A stretch of DNA of 64,000 nucleotides from Oscillospiraceae bacterium Zagget12 (GTDB lineage Bacteria; Bacillota; Clostridia; UBA1381): NCBI GenBank assembly GCA_001941225.1, contig MSHM01000005.1:106491-170490 (forward strand), written 5' to 3'. Both the position numbers and the translations under genes were made by a program. Numbering within the stretch: position 1 is the first letter of the stretch; each line of letters opens with the position of its first letter. The notes under the pieces are model-generated. The model did not search any database and was not told where the DNA came from. It saw only the letters and a program-made list of their open reading frames with translations. This document shows positions 1 to 10,736 of this stretch, in pieces.

Positions 1-1
1 A

Positions 2-346
2 ATGCCCGCAATCCCGTCAAGATTTTTCAATGAAATCCCCCAGGAATACCTTGAGGATAAGACAACCTTGCGTCCCAAAGCGGCGGAAAATTTACAAAAT
101 TTCGGATTTTATAATTTCACTCCGCCGAAAAAAGAGCATTATACAAAGCCTGCGCCGAAAATTTTCACGGCGGATTATTCCGATTTTAAAGAGGGCGATA
201 TTGTGGAGCATAAAAAATTCGGACAGGGTAAAATCCTTAAAGCCACACCTTGCGGCAATGACTGCATTTTGGAGATAGAGTTTGAGAGCGTCGGATTTAA
301 ACGCCTTATGGCGGCTTTTGCCAAGGTTAAGAAACTCAAACAATGA
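2..346 (+). CDS. pcrA: 3' end of PcrA/UvrD-family helicase (partial, runs off window start)
   Basis: PSRFFNEIP (end of helicase motif VI region), then C-terminal Tudor-like domain GDIVEHKKFGQGKI...IEFESVGFKRLMAAFAKV. Confidence 0.85.
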   Translation: MPAIPSRFFNEIPQEYLEDKTTLRPKAAENLQNFGFYNFTPPKKEHYTKPAPKIFTADYSDFKEGDIVEHKKFGQGKILKATPCGNDCILEIEFESVGFKRLMAAFAKVKKLKQ

Positions 347-406
347 TAAATTTATCAATTTATGCAGTTTTTGAAAAAATTTCGTAAATAATTAAAAAAA
401 AAAGAA

Positions 407-435
407 TTGAAATATCAGAAAATAAGTGATATAAT
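407..435 (+). promoter_or_regulatory. sigma-A-type promoter of tig-clpP-clpX-lysA
   Basis: TTGAAA (407-412), 17 bp, TATAAT (430-435) with extended -10 TG. Confidence 0.7.
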
Positions 436-487
436 ATACGCTATGCTAATATGTCTTAAAAGGACACAAAAGGAGGATATTATCACT

Positions 488-1774
488 ATGGCAGTGAAAA
501 ATGAACAAATCGAAAAAAACCTTGTAAAGCTTACATTCGAGGTCAGCGCAGAGGATTTTGAAAAGGCTGTAAATCAGGCATATAAGAAAAACGCGAATAA
601 ATTCAATATACCGGGTTACAGAAAAGGCAAGGCTCCGAGAAAGATTGTAGAAAAATATTACACACCGGCGGTATTTTATGACGACGCCATAAACAGCGTT
701 CTTCCGCAGGCTTATGAGGCGGCAATTAAAGAGTCGGGTGTTGAATCGGTAGCAAGACCCGAGATAGACGTTGAAGAAATCAAAGCGGGCGAACCCGTAG
801 TATTCACGGCTCTTGTTACAACAAAGCCCGAGGTTACTCTCGGCGAATATAAGGGTATAGAAGTGGATAAAATTGACTATACTGTAACAGATGAGGACGT
901 TCAAAAGGACATCGAGGCAATGCAGCAGAAGAACGCAAGACTTATCACCGTTGATGACAGAGGAATAGAAAACGGCGATATAGCGGTTATCGACTTTAAG
1001 GGATATACGGACGGCGTTGCTTTTGAAGGCGGCGCGGGCGAGGATTACGAGCTTGAAATCGGCTCCGGCACATTCATTCCGGGCTTTGAGGAACAGCTTA
1101 TCGGCGCCGAAACCGACGCGGACGTTGACGTAAAGGTCACATTCCCCGAGGAATACCACGCTGACAATCTTGCCGGCAAGGACGCAATCTTCAAGGTAAA
1201 GGTAAAGGAAATCAAGAAACGCGAACTTCCGGAGCTTGACGATGATTTCGCAAGCGAGGCGAGCGAGTTTGACACAATGGAAGAGCTTAAAGCCGATGTA
1301 CGCAAAAAGCTTGAGGAAACAGCTGAGAACAAGGCAAAGACCGAAACGGAAAACGCTATCATAGACAAGGTTATAGAAAACGCCGAGTTTGATATGCCGG
1401 ACGCTATGGTCGAGGCGCAGATTGACAATCTTGTAAACGACTTTGCGCAGAGAATCTCATACCAGGGTATGAGCCTTGAAATGTATATGCAGTATACCGG
1501 ACAGACTATGGAAACCTTCAGAGCGCAGTTTACCGAACAGGCAAAGAAACAGATAAGCGGCTCGCTTGTTCTTGAGGCTGTTCAAAAGGCTGAGGGCATT
1601 GCGGCAGGACCCGAGGAGGTTGAACTTCATCTTGTTGATATGGCTAAGAAGTACAATATGGAGCTTGACAAGCTTAAGGAAGTCCTAAGCGATGTAGAAA
1701 TGGAAAATATAACGAAAGAGCTTGAAATTCAGAAAACAATCGATATGATTGTAAACAATGCGTCCGTAAAATAA
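488..1774 (+). CDS. tig: Trigger factor
   Basis: Ribosome-binding motif IPGYRKGKAP, FKBP domain (GSGTFIPGFEEQLIG, VTFPEEYH); ATG 488 follows GGAGG. Confidence 0.97.
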   Translation: MAVKNEQIEKNLVKLTFEVSAEDFEKAVNQAYKKNANKFNIPGYRKGKAPRKIVEKYYTPAVFYDDAINSVLPQAYEAAIKESGVESVARPEIDVEEIKAGEPVVFTALVTTKPEVTLGEYKGIEVDKIDYTVTDEDVQKDIEAMQQKNARLITVDDRGIENGDIAVIDFKGYTDGVAFEGGAGEDYELEIGSGTFIPGFEEQLIGAETDADVDVKVTFPEEYHADNLAGKDAIFKVKVKEIKKRELPELDDDFASEASEFDTMEELKADVRKKLEETAENKAKTETENAIIDKVIENAEFDMPDAMVEAQIDNLVNDFAQRISYQGMSLEMYMQYTGQTMETFRAQFTEQAKKQISGSLVLEAVQKAEGIAAGPEEVELHLVDMAKKYNMELDKLKEVLSDVEMENITKELEIQKTIDMIVNNASVK

Positions 1775-1811
1775 ATTCATAAATCATAAATGATGAAAGG
1801 AATGAATAGGT

Positions 1812-2408
1812 ATGGCATTAGTACCAATGGTCGTTGAACAGACCAACAGAGGCGAGCGTTCATATGACATTTATTCAAGATTACTTGAAGACAGAATTAT
1901 ATTTTTGGCTGACCAGGTAGACAACGCAACGTCAAGCCTTATCGTTGCCCAAATGCTTTATTTGGAGGCAAAGGATCCCGATAAGGATATACAGTTTTAT
2001 ATAGACAGCCCCGGCGGGTCGATAACTGCCGGTATGGCTATATACGATACAATGCAGTATATTAAGTGCGACGTATCGACAATTTGTATCGGTATGGCGG
2101 CAAGTATGGGCGCGTTTTTACTTGCGGCGGGTACAAAGGGCAAGAGATACGCGCTGCCCAACAGTGAAATTATGATTCATCAGCCGCTTATATCGGGCGG
2201 CGGTCTTAGCGGACAGGCGACGGACGTCAAGATTTATACCGACCACCTTGTTAAGACAAAGGAAAAGATGAATCAAATACTTGCCGAGCGCACGGGACAG
2301 ACCTATGAAAAACTTTGCGAGGACACGGAACGCGATAATTTTATGACTTCTCAAGAGGCAAAGGAATACGGACTTGTTGACGAGGTTATAACAAGAGCGG
2401 CAAAATAG
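1812..2408 (+). CDS. clpP: ATP-dependent Clp protease proteolytic subunit
   Basis: [16 protein letters not shown] (catalytic Ser), IMIHQP (His), ERDNF (Asp). Confidence 0.98.
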   Translation: MALVPMVVEQTNRGERSYDIYSRLLEDRIIFLADQVDNATSSLIVAQMLYLEAKDPDKDIQFYIDSPGGSITAGMAIYDTMQYIKCDVSTICIGMAASMGAFLLAAGTKGKRYALPNSEIMIHQPLISGGGLSGQATDVKIYTDHLVKTKEKMNQILAERTGQTYEKLCEDTERDNFMTSQEAKEYGLVDEVITRAAK

Positions 2409-2431
2409 TCCGCGCATAAAGGAGTACAACT

Positions 2432-3709
2432 ATGGACGAAAAGAAACATCTTAGATGTTCATTCTGCGGCAAACCCGAGGGAGAGGTTAGCAAACTTCTT
2501 TCGGGACCGGGCGTGTATATATGCGACGAGTGCGTGGCTACGTGCAACCGCATACTTGACGGCGAATTTGAGAACAAAAACGGATTCGACTCCGGTGAAT
2601 TGCCGAAACCAAAGCAAATCAAGGAATTTCTTGATGAATATGTGGTGGGACAGGAGGACGCGAAAAAAATTCTGTCCGTGGCGGTTTATAATCATTATAA
2701 GAGAATAGAACACGCCGACATAGCCGACGATGTGGAGCTGCAAAAGAGCAATATACTTATGATAGGTCCAACCGGCAGCGGTAAGACGTTCCTTGTTCAG
2801 AATTTGGCGAAGATACTGAACGTGCCGTTTGCTATAGCGGATGCTACGTCGCTCACCGAGGCGGGATACGTAGGAGAAGATGTCGAAAATATTCTGCTAA
2901 AGCTTATTCAAGCGGCGGATTATGAAATAGAGGCGGCGGAACGCGGTATTATATATATAGACGAGATAGACAAAATCGCGAGAAAATCCGAGAACCCGTC
3001 TATTACCCGAGATGTCAGCGGCGAGGGCGTTCAGCAGGCGCTTTTGAAGGTGCTTGAGGGAACCGTCGCGTCTGTTCCTCCGCAGGGCGGCAGAAAGCAC
3101 CCGCACCAGGAGCTTATACAGATTGATACCACCAATATCCTGTTTATATGCGGCGGAGCGTTTGACGGTATCGATAAGATAATCGGCAGCCGAACCGGCA
3201 AGCAGGGACTCGGTTTCGGAGCAAAAATCGAAAGCAAAAAAGAGGCGAATATGAATGAGCTTTTGGGTAAGCTTATTCCGCAGGATTTGCTAAAATTCGG
3301 ACTTATTCCCGAATTTATAGGCAGACTTCCCGTGTTCGCCAAGCTTGATAAGCTTGACAGAGAAACTCTTATAACAATACTTACCGAGCCTAAAAACGCT
3401 CTTATAAAGCAGTATAAGGCGCTCTTTGCCTTTGACGGCGTAAAGCTGGAATTTGAGGACGAGGCAATCGAGGCAATCGCGGATAAAGCGATTGAGCTTA
3501 ATACCGGTGCGCGCGGACTTCGCTCGATAATCGAGCAGGCAATGGCGGACGTGATGTTTGAGGTTCCGTCGGACGACAGCATAAGAACGGTTATTATAAA
3601 CAAGAAATGTATAACGGACTGCAAGCAGCCGAAAATTATACGCGAGGATAAAAAATTGGCTGACGCCAAATTAATCGGTGAATTAAAAGCCGACGGCACG
3701 CAGGGTTAA
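2432..3709 (+). CDS. clpX: Clp protease ATP-binding subunit ClpX
   Basis: N-terminal zinc finger CSFC...CDEC, Walker [15 protein letters not shown] pore loop, LGF loop. Confidence 0.98.
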   Translation: MDEKKHLRCSFCGKPEGEVSKLLSGPGVYICDECVATCNRILDGEFENKNGFDSGELPKPKQIKEFLDEYVVGQEDAKKILSVAVYNHYKRIEHADIADDVELQKSNILMIGPTGSGKTFLVQNLAKILNVPFAIADATSLTEAGYVGEDVENILLKLIQAADYEIEAAERGIIYIDEIDKIARKSENPSITRDVSGEGVQQALLKVLEGTVASVPPQGGRKHPHQELIQIDTTNILFICGGAFDGIDKIIGSRTGKQGLGFGAKIESKKEANMNELLGKLIPQDLLKFGLIPEFIGRLPVFAKLDKLDRETLITILTEPKNALIKQYKALFAFDGVKLEFEDEAIEAIADKAIELNTGARGLRSIIEQAMADVMFEVPSDDSIRTVIINKKCITDCKQPKIIREDKKLADAKLIGELKADGTQG

Positions 3710-3750
3710 GCGCGCCGCCGGATAAAAAACATAGGAAGGTGTGAGACAGA

Positions 3751-5052
3751 ATGTTTGTGTCAGAGAATTTGACCGTCAACGAGAAAAATCATCTTGTTAT
3801 AGGCAAGAATGATACTGTAGAGCTTGCAAAGGAGTACGGCACTCCGCTTTACGTGCTTGACGAGGATTTAATCAGAAAAAATTGCCGCGTTTATAAGAAT
3901 GCTATGGATAAATATTACGGAGGAAACGGGCTTGTTCTTTATGCGAATAAGGCATTCTGTTCACTTTATACCTGCCGTATTGTAAAGGAAGAGGGTCTCG
4001 GAGCGGACGTTGTTTCCGGCGGAGAGCTTTACACGGCTATAAAGGCAGATTTTCCTATGGATAAAATCTATTTCCACGGCAATAATAAAACTGCTGATGA
4101 AATTGAGCTTGCCGTTAAGAACAAGGTCGGAAATATCATAGTAGACAATATTTACGAGCTTGAATTGCTTAATAAAACCGCGGAAAAATACGGCGTGGTT
4201 CAGAACATAATGTTCAGAATCAAGCCCGGCGTAGACGCTCATACTCACAGCTTTATTCAAACGGGTCAGATAGATTCAAAATTCGGCGTCGCGCTGGAAA
4301 ACGGCGAGGCGTTCGATATAATTGAAAAAGCAAGCAAAATGCCGAATGTAAAGGTAAACGGCGTGCACTGCCATATAGGCTCTCAGATATTTGATATTGA
4401 ACCGTTCTGTAAAGCGGCTGAAATAATGATGAACTTCGTAGGCGACTTAAAGGACAAGCTTGGACTTGAGATAGATTGCCTTAATCTTGGAGGCGGCTAC
4501 GGTATTATGTATACCGAAAATGACGATCCGGTGCCGTATGATGAGTATATACAGCACGTAAGCGAGGTTGTTAAAAAGACTGCTAATGAAAGAGGAGTCA
4601 AACTACCGTTCATTCTTATGGAGCCGGGACGCTCTGTAATCGCGCCGGCGGGAATCACGCTTTACACGGTTGGAGGAATAAAGGATATAAAGAACGTCAG
4701 AAAATACGTTTCCGTTGACGGCGGTATGGGCGATAATCCCAGATATATTCTTTATGAATCGGAATATGAGGCTGTTGTGGCGAATAACGCGGACGCGGAG
4801 CGTACCGAAAAGGTTACAATAGCGGGTAAATGCTGCGAGTCGGGCGATATATTGCTTAAAGACGCAATGATGCCCGAAATTAAGGTGGGAGATACTCTTG
4901 CCGTGCTTGCAACGGGCGCTTATAACTATTCAATGGCAAGTAACTATAACAGAATACCAAGACCTGCTGTTGTTGCAGTATCCGACGGAAAAGCAAAGGT
5001 AGTTATAAAGCGTGAAACGTATGATGACCTTATAAAGAACGACGTTCTTTAA
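3751..5052 (+). CDS. lysA: Diaminopimelate decarboxylase
   Basis: YANKA (PLP Lys), HCHIGSQ, EPGRS, GKCCESGD, GAYNYSMASNYN. Confidence 0.96.
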   Translation: MFVSENLTVNEKNHLVIGKNDTVELAKEYGTPLYVLDEDLIRKNCRVYKNAMDKYYGGNGLVLYANKAFCSLYTCRIVKEEGLGADVVSGGELYTAIKADFPMDKIYFHGNNKTADEIELAVKNKVGNIIVDNIYELELLNKTAEKYGVVQNIMFRIKPGVDAHTHSFIQTGQIDSKFGVALENGEAFDIIEKASKMPNVKVNGVHCHIGSQIFDIEPFCKAAEIMMNFVGDLKDKLGLEIDCLNLGGGYGIMYTENDDPVPYDEYIQHVSEVVKKTANERGVKLPFILMEPGRSVIAPAGITLYTVGGIKDIKNVRKYVSVDGGMGDNPRYILYESEYEAVVANNADAERTEKVTIAGKCCESGDILLKDAMMPEIKVGDTLAVLATGAYNYSMASNYNRIPRPAVVAVSDGKAKVVIKRETYDDLIKNDVL

Positions 5053-5060
5053 TGAATAAA

Positions 5061-5117
5061 AAAAGAACCCTCGGGTGCGATGTCATTGGTATATGGCATT
5101 TTGCCCGGGGTTCTTTT
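5061..5117 (+). terminator. Long hairpin, probable (bidirectional) intrinsic terminator after lysA
   Basis: AAAAGAACCC-T-CGGG...CCCG-GGGTTCTTTT with inner ATGTCAT/ATGGCAT pairing. Confidence 0.7.
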
Positions 5118-5174
5118 ACTTTTATGGCATATTTGTTACGGCATATTTACAATTAAAAATACCAATATTTTTAG

Positions 5175-5203
5175 TTTACATAAAAATGAATATGTGGTAT
5201 ACT
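5175..5203 (+). promoter_or_regulatory. sigma-A-type promoter
   Basis: TTTACA, 17 bp, TATACT with extended -10 TG; AGGAGG RBS downstream. Confidence 0.6.
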
Positions 5204-5234
5204 AATAGATATGCTACGATAGGAGGAAGGCTTT

Positions 5235-7541
5235 GTGAGAAAGAAAATATTGGCGATTATAGTATTTGCGTTGTGTTTCGGCTCGGCGGCATACGCGGAC
5301 GTGCTTGGCACGCAAAGCGGCGGCTGGAGCGCGTATATGGGAGCGTTTACATACTTCTATAACGTGCAGTTTACTTCGGACAGCGTGGGCAACCAGAATG
5401 AATATTACGTCGAATACACTCCGAACGAGGAGGCTGTACCCGTTGTTGTGAACGGCTCAAGCATATGGGGCACGCGTACTATAAAGCAGGCTGAGGACTA
5501 TATGGAGGAAAACGGCTTAAGACCGCTTGTCGGAATAAACGCCGATTATTTTTCGTTTACTACGGGTATACCTATGGGTTATACGATAATCGACGGAGAA
5601 ATTGTGTCAAAGGAATACGGCGGTCAGGACGCGGTAGGCTTTCGCAGTGACGGAACGGGATTTATAAAGTGGCTTGACATACAGACAACCGTTTCGGACG
5701 GAGAAAAAAGCGTTGAGGTTATGTATATCAATAAGTGGTGCCAAGCGGGATTTGATCCGATATATCTTTTGAACGATAAATTCGGAACAAGTACAAAAAC
5801 CGAGTCGGAATGTATATTTGTAATATGCACGCCGAAGGAGGGCAGACTTCACGTTGACGAAAGTATGACCGTGACCGTGGACGATATATTCATATATAAC
5901 GGTGCGATAGAAATTCCCGACGGTAAAATGGTGTTTGTGATGGACACAAGCGGTCAGGGCGATTTATATGATTTCCTGAGCAGGTGCTATGCGGGACAGG
6001 AGCTTACCGTAACAAACACGGCAGTGGGCGACGACGGTACCTGGGCGACGGCTGAAAACGCGGTAAGCAGCGTCGGCGGCAGACTTGTCAGCGGCGGCGT
6101 GGCAAATACCGATTTTGAGGCGGGAGCGGCTCCGAGAACGGCTATAGGCATAAAGGAGAACGGAAATATAATTTTCTACACGCTTGACGGAAGACAGTCC
6201 GGCTACAGCTACGGCGCTCAGCTTAAAACTCTTGCCAACAGAATGGTAGAGCTGGGCTGCGTGGACGCGATAAACCTTGACGGAGGCGGCTCCACAACCA
6301 TTTCCGCGCTTTTCCCGGGAACCGACGATTCTATGGTGGTAAATTCGCCGTCCGACGGCTATTTGAGGAGCGTCGCGAATTTTATATTCCTAAAGGACAA
6401 CAGAACGCAAACAAATATTCCGTGGATTGTGAACCTTAAGGAAAGCGCAAATAATAATTATTTATCGGGTATGAGCGCAAAAATTGATATAGAAAGCGTG
6501 TACGATACGGCGAACTATAAGCTGGAGGAGCCGTATGATATACAATACCGAGTGGAAACCGATACCCAAAGCACGGTCGACAGCAGCGGATATGTGTATC
6601 TTAACGGTACGGGCAATGTAAATGTTACTCTGTACGGCGAAGTGGGCGACATAGTGACGCGGACATACAGCGTTTTTGAAACGCCGGAGGAGATAAAGAT
6701 ATATAATCAGGCGGACTGGAAAGAGGTGCTTGAAATATATACGGAGGCAAACGAGGAGCTGCAGCTTAATCTGTCTGCGGCATCGTATGTAAACGGCATA
6801 GAATTGCAGGGAAATAACAGAATGTACACATGGGAGGTTGAGGGCAATATAGGAACCGTCACCGAGGACGGAATATTCACCCTTGCCGACACCGTGAACG
6901 AGGACGGAAAGATAAAGGTAACCGCAGGAAATTACACCGTGGAAATACCCGTTCATATTTCCGATTATCCCGGCACGCCCAATCCGTTTTATGATACCGA
7001 GGGACATTGGGCAAAGGATATAATATCCAATATGGCGGCGACCGGAATTGTAAGCGGTATGGAAGAGAACGGACAAACAGTATTCAAGCCGGATAATAAT
7101 ATGACAAGAGCCGAATTCGCGTCGATGATAGCAAATTATGAACAGTTTGACCTGTCGCAATACACCGGCTCGGAGCTTGACTTTGCCGATGCGGACGAGA
7201 TACCGCAGTGGGCGGCGGCAGCCGTAGAGGCTGTAAGCGGCGCAGGCATAATGCTCGGAAAATCTGACGATAACGGAAACACGCTGTTCGCGCCTTACGA
7301 AAATATCACTCGTGCCGAGGCGATGGCGATACTGGGAAGATTGCTGCCCGAGAACGACGACCTGCCCACACTGCCGTTTGCCGACGCGGACGAAATACCG
7401 CAGTGGGCGCGCGAGGATATTCAAAAGCTGTATTCGGTGGGAATTGTAAGCGGATATGAGGATAATACGATATTGCCGAATAATAATATTACCCGCGCCG
7501 AATCCGCAGCTATGCTGCATAAGCTTGATAATATGGGATAA
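5235..7541 (+). CDS. Secreted phosphodiester glycosidase (NAGPA/DUF2233) family protein with C-terminal SLH domains
   Basis: Signal peptide; GINADYF, APRTAIG, DGRQ, AINLDGGGST motifs; three SLH repeats (HWAKD...FKPDNNMTRAEF, ITRAEAM, ITRAESA). Confidence 0.88.
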   Translation: MRKKILAIIVFALCFGSAAYADVLGTQSGGWSAYMGAFTYFYNVQFTSDSVGNQNEYYVEYTPNEEAVPVVVNGSSIWGTRTIKQAEDYMEENGLRPLVGINADYFSFTTGIPMGYTIIDGEIVSKEYGGQDAVGFRSDGTGFIKWLDIQTTVSDGEKSVEVMYINKWCQAGFDPIYLLNDKFGTSTKTESECIFVICTPKEGRLHVDESMTVTVDDIFIYNGAIEIPDGKMVFVMDTSGQGDLYDFLSRCYAGQELTVTNTAVGDDGTWATAENAVSSVGGRLVSGGVANTDFEAGAAPRTAIGIKENGNIIFYTLDGRQSGYSYGAQLKTLANRMVELGCVDAINLDGGGSTTISALFPGTDDSMVVNSPSDGYLRSVANFIFLKDNRTQTNIPWIVNLKESANNNYLSGMSAKIDIESVYDTANYKLEEPYDIQYRVETDTQSTVDSSGYVYLNGTGNVNVTLYGEVGDIVTRTYSVFETPEEIKIYNQADWKEVLEIYTEANEELQLNLSAASYVNGIELQGNNRMYTWEVEGNIGTVTEDGIFTLADTVNEDGKIKVTAGNYTVEIPVHISDYPGTPNPFYDTEGHWAKDIISNMAATGIVSGMEENGQTVFKPDNNMTRAEFASMIANYEQFDLSQYTGSELDFADADEIPQWAAAAVEAVSGAGIMLGKSDDNGNTLFAPYENITRAEAMAILGRLLPENDDLPTLPFADADEIPQWAREDIQKLYSVGIVSGYEDNTILPNNNITRAESAAMLHKLDNMG

Positions 7542-7586
7542 ACCCGATAGCCGGTATATCTGTCTGTATTGAAAAAGAGGATATTC

Positions 7587-7800
7587 TGATGTGATCCGCA
7601 AAAGTTGGAGTTTAAGTGGCGCAGTAGTTTTTACCGGCTACTGCGCTATTTTTATGCGGCTAAGTGTTCTTAGTATGTATTCAATAATACTCATCGGCTC
7701 AGGCTTGACTTGATTTGTTTCTCGTTATAGTATCTTACCATAAAAATACCGACCTCCAATTCGTTAGTTTTTTTACTCTAACTTTTGGTGGTCGGCATAA
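7587..7800 (-). mobile_element. Internally deleted IS3-family remnant (MITE-like)
   Basis: Imperfect terminal IRs TGATGTGATCCGCAAAAGTTGGAGT / revcomp TTATGCCGACCACCAAAAGTTAGAGT; minus strand has GGAGG+ATG joined to a frameshifted IS3 OrfB-like tail (RYYNEKQIKSSL..MSIIEY..HLAA*). Confidence 0.7.
7617..7653 (+). terminator. Intrinsic terminator inside the IS remnant, oriented for the upstream SLH gene
   Basis: TGGCGCAGTAGTT...GGCTACTGCGCTA stem (G-U pairs on + strand) followed by a T run. Confidence 0.7.
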
Positions 7801-7843
7801 AATACATTACTTTTGAATCTTGCGCAAAATTAAAAGAAAAGCG

Positions 7844-8641
7844 TCATGCGAACATCAGCAGGCTCAGAGCTATTACTGCCATACCCAATATCACACCGAT
7901 AATTGTGACCTTACTTTTTTCGTATTCGCGAGCCATAGGGAGCAGCTCTTCTATTGATATGAATATCATAATGCCGGCTATAGCACCGAACAGAATACCG
8001 AATACGGCGTCATTGAAGAACGGACGCAGAATAAGGTAGCCTATAACCGCGCCTATCGGCTCCGTAATTCCGGAAAAAAACGAGATTATAAACGCTTTTT
8101 TCCTACTTCCGCTTGAATAGTATATCGGCACGGCGGTAGCAATGCCTTCCGGAACATTGTGAATAGCAATCGCAACCGCAATAGCCACTCCGAGCTGTGG
8201 ATCCTTCAGCGCAGAGGTAAATGTTGCAAGCCCCTCCGGAAAATTATGTATGCCTATAGCGAGGGCAGTCATAAAACCCATACGCCTCAGTGCGACGGAT
8301 TTATTATCCTTATTACTCAAATTACCTATGTCGCCCTCCGACGACGGAACAAAGTAATCAATCAGCCCGATAAACACAATTCCGGCAAAAAAAGCGGCGA
8401 CGGCAAGGTAATATCCCATTTTATCGCCGACGGCAACGGTAAGATACGAGCGCGATTTCTGAAAAATTTCAATCATAGACACGTATATCATAACTCCGGC
8501 GGAAAATCCGAGAGAACCCGCTAAAAACTTAGTGTTGGTGGTTTTTGCGAACAAAGCTGTCACACTGCCCGCTCCGGTCGCCAATCCCGCCAAGATTGTA
8601 AGTGAAAGAGCGAATATTACGTTTGAATCCACTAAAATCAT
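7844..8641 (-). CDS. zupT: ZIP-family zinc transporter ZupT
   Basis: Multi-TM protein; IHNFPEGLATF and IHNVPEGIA metal motifs; GVMIYVS. Confidence 0.93.
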   Translation of the reverse strand: MILVDSNVIFALSLTILAGLATGAGSVTALFAKTTNTKFLAGSLGFSAGVMIYVSMIEIFQKSRSYLTVAVGDKMGYYLAVAAFFAGIVFIGLIDYFVPSSEGDIGNLSNKDNKSVALRRMGFMTALAIGIHNFPEGLATFTSALKDPQLGVAIAVAIAIHNVPEGIATAVPIYYSSGSRKKAFIISFFSGITEPIGAVIGYLILRPFFNDAVFGILFGAIAGIMIFISIEELLPMAREYEKSKVTIIGVILGMAVIALSLLMFA

Positions 8642-8771
8642 CTCCTTAAAACTTCTTATGGTATAATACGTTGCACGAATTTTTTTTGTTACATAAAAAT
8701 AATGTTGCTAAATTCCGATTTTGGGTATATAATAGCCTAAAAATGAAAAATAAGTGTAAGGAAACGGCGAT

Positions 8772-9542
8772 ATGGTGGAAATAACTTCTTCATCAAACAA
8801 TAAATGTAAATATGTGAAATCCCTTTCGCAGAAAAAGTCGAGGCAAAAATACGGAGAATATACGGTCGAGGGTATAAAATCCGTAAGAGACGCGCTTAAT
8901 TCATCGAGAGAGGTCACGGCAATATATGTGTCGCGCGCTTTTTTTGAAAACGAAAGTTTCGCATACCCCGAAAACATTCCGCTTTTCAAGGTGAACGACA
9001 ATGTGTTTGCTAATATGTGCGATACAAAAGCTCCGCAGGGAATACTTGCGGTGCTGAAAATCGAAGAAAACGACGGTTTTAAAGCCGATTTGTCAAAGCC
9101 GTACATTTACTGCGACGGCGTAAACGACCCGGGAAATATGGGCACAATAATACGCACGGCGGACGCGGCGGGATTTGGCGGAGTGCTGCTGTCACCGGGT
9201 TGTGTTGATTTATACAGCCCCAAGACGGTGCGTTCGAGCATGGGTTCTTTTTTCAATATCAATATTATAACCGATGTCGCGTATACAAAGCTCAGAGAAT
9301 ACAAGGACGGCGGATTTCGCCTTATAGGCGGCGCACTGGGCGAAAATACCGTTGATTACCGCGACGCCGATATGAAAAAGCCTACTATTATAATAGTAGG
9401 AAATGAGGCGAACGGAATATCGGACGAGGTAAAGGAAATGTGCGGCTGCGTCAAGATACCGATACTGGGAAAGGCGGAATCGCTGAATGTAGGAGTGGCT
9501 GCGGCGATTTTAATGTATGAATTGGTTCGTCAAAGATCTTGA
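8772..9542 (+). CDS. TrmH/SpoU-family RNA 2'-O-methyltransferase
   Basis: DPGNMGTIIRTADAAG, VGNEANGIS, AESLNVGVAAAILMYE SPOUT motifs. Confidence 0.93.
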   Translation: MVEITSSSNNKCKYVKSLSQKKSRQKYGEYTVEGIKSVRDALNSSREVTAIYVSRAFFENESFAYPENIPLFKVNDNVFANMCDTKAPQGILAVLKIEENDGFKADLSKPYIYCDGVNDPGNMGTIIRTADAAGFGGVLLSPGCVDLYSPKTVRSSMGSFFNINIITDVAYTKLREYKDGGFRLIGGALGENTVDYRDADMKKPTIIIVGNEANGISDEVKEMCGCVKIPILGKAESLNVGVAAAILMYELVRQRS

Positions 9543-9594
9543 CATTTTTCGGATTTTGTAGTAATGTAACATAGGTGTGCGGGGTGGTGAATTT

Positions 9595-10722
9595 ATGGAG
9601 CATATATTATATTGGTTGTGGCTTACGACCAAACGCGGTTTTTTCGCGCCGAAAATAACAAAGCTTTTCGAGCGTTTTGAAACGATTGAGGACATATATT
9701 TCTCAAAAAGCTACAATAATATATACGGTATTTCCGAGCGTGAAATATCCCGCCTTTACGACAAGGATTTATCAAAGGCGAAAAGCGTGCTTGAGAAAAC
9801 CGCAAAGCTTAATGTGAATATAATCACCATTGATGATGAAAATTATCCGCAGCTGCTAAGTAATATACCGGACCCGCCGTATGTATTATATATAAAGGGA
9901 AATCTTTTGGAGCTTGATACGCTGCTAACAATCGGAGTTGTGGGAACGAGATTGTCCTCGGAATACGGAAATACCGTAACCGAGAGAATATGCCGCGACC
10001 TTGCGCTTTCCGGAGTTGTTACGATAAGCGGAATGGCGCGCGGTATAGACAGCGCCGGAGCGTGGGCAACCACTGACGCTGGAGGAACAGCCGTGGGCGT
10101 TATAGGCAGCGGAATCGACATAGTGTATCCGAGTGAAAATATCGAGCTGATAAAAGCGATTACGGAAAACGGGTGCATAATTACCGAATATCCGCCTGGA
10201 ACGCCGCCGTACCGCTCAAATTTCCCATTAAGGAACAGAATAATCGCGGGACTTTCAAGAGGCGTGCTTGTCACGGAGGCACCGGAGAACAGCGGCTCGC
10301 TTATCACGGCGAAATACGCGTTGGAAAACAACAGAGATATATTCGCGGTACCGAGAAATATTACGGAAAAAGGTTTCCTGGGCACCAATATGCTCATACA
10401 GCAGGGCGCAAAGCTAATAAACAACGCGGAGGATATAATATGCGAATACCCTTACGCGGTAAAAATACCGCCTAAAACAAGCCGCGCGCCTGTTGCGGCA
10501 GCCGCACCGAAGGCGGTTACGATTGATAATGACAAATACGACAAACTGAACGAAAAAGAAAAAAAGGTAATAGGATTATTGAAAAAAAGCGATATGCAGA
10601 TTGACGAAATATCCAGGGAATTGGATATTTCCGTAAGCGAGGTAAACACAAGACTGATAAAGCTTGAGGTAAGCGGACTTATAAAAAGACTTCCGGGCGG
10701 CGTTTATCAGCTTAAGATATAG
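9595..10722 (+). CDS. dprA: DNA-processing protein DprA
   Basis: YPQLL...DPPYVLY, VVGTR, ISGMARGID, FPLRNRIIAGLS, SGSLITA; C-terminal winged helix. Confidence 0.95.
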   Translation: MEHILYWLWLTTKRGFFAPKITKLFERFETIEDIYFSKSYNNIYGISEREISRLYDKDLSKAKSVLEKTAKLNVNIITIDDENYPQLLSNIPDPPYVLYIKGNLLELDTLLTIGVVGTRLSSEYGNTVTERICRDLALSGVVTISGMARGIDSAGAWATTDAGGTAVGVIGSGIDIVYPSENIELIKAITENGCIITEYPPGTPPYRSNFPLRNRIIAGLSRGVLVTEAPENSGSLITAKYALENNRDIFAVPRNITEKGFLGTNMLIQQGAKLINNAEDIICEYPYAVKIPPKTSRAPVAAAAPKAVTIDNDKYDKLNEKEKKVIGLLKKSDMQIDEISRELDISVSEVNTRLIKLEVSGLIKRLPGGVYQLKI

Positions 10723-10736
10723 ATTTGGAGGAAAAT

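Noticed and set aside
407-487. Extended N-termini in the ORF track (tig, gpr, trmFO, lonB, grpE, GS III, VanW and others)
   Set aside because: Downstream starts have better RBS and match family N-termini; some extensions overlap promoters or terminators.
3710-3750. Lysine riboswitch before lysA
   Set aside because: Only 41 bp separate clpX and lysA.
6462-7601. 379-aa minus-strand ORF and the many other antisense or nested ORFs in the track
   Set aside because: They shadow well-supported genes on the opposite strand or frame and show no recognisable motifs.
9595-10722. DprA as part of a defence or mobile module
   Set aside because: It sits in the canonical housekeeping dprA-topA-trmFO context.
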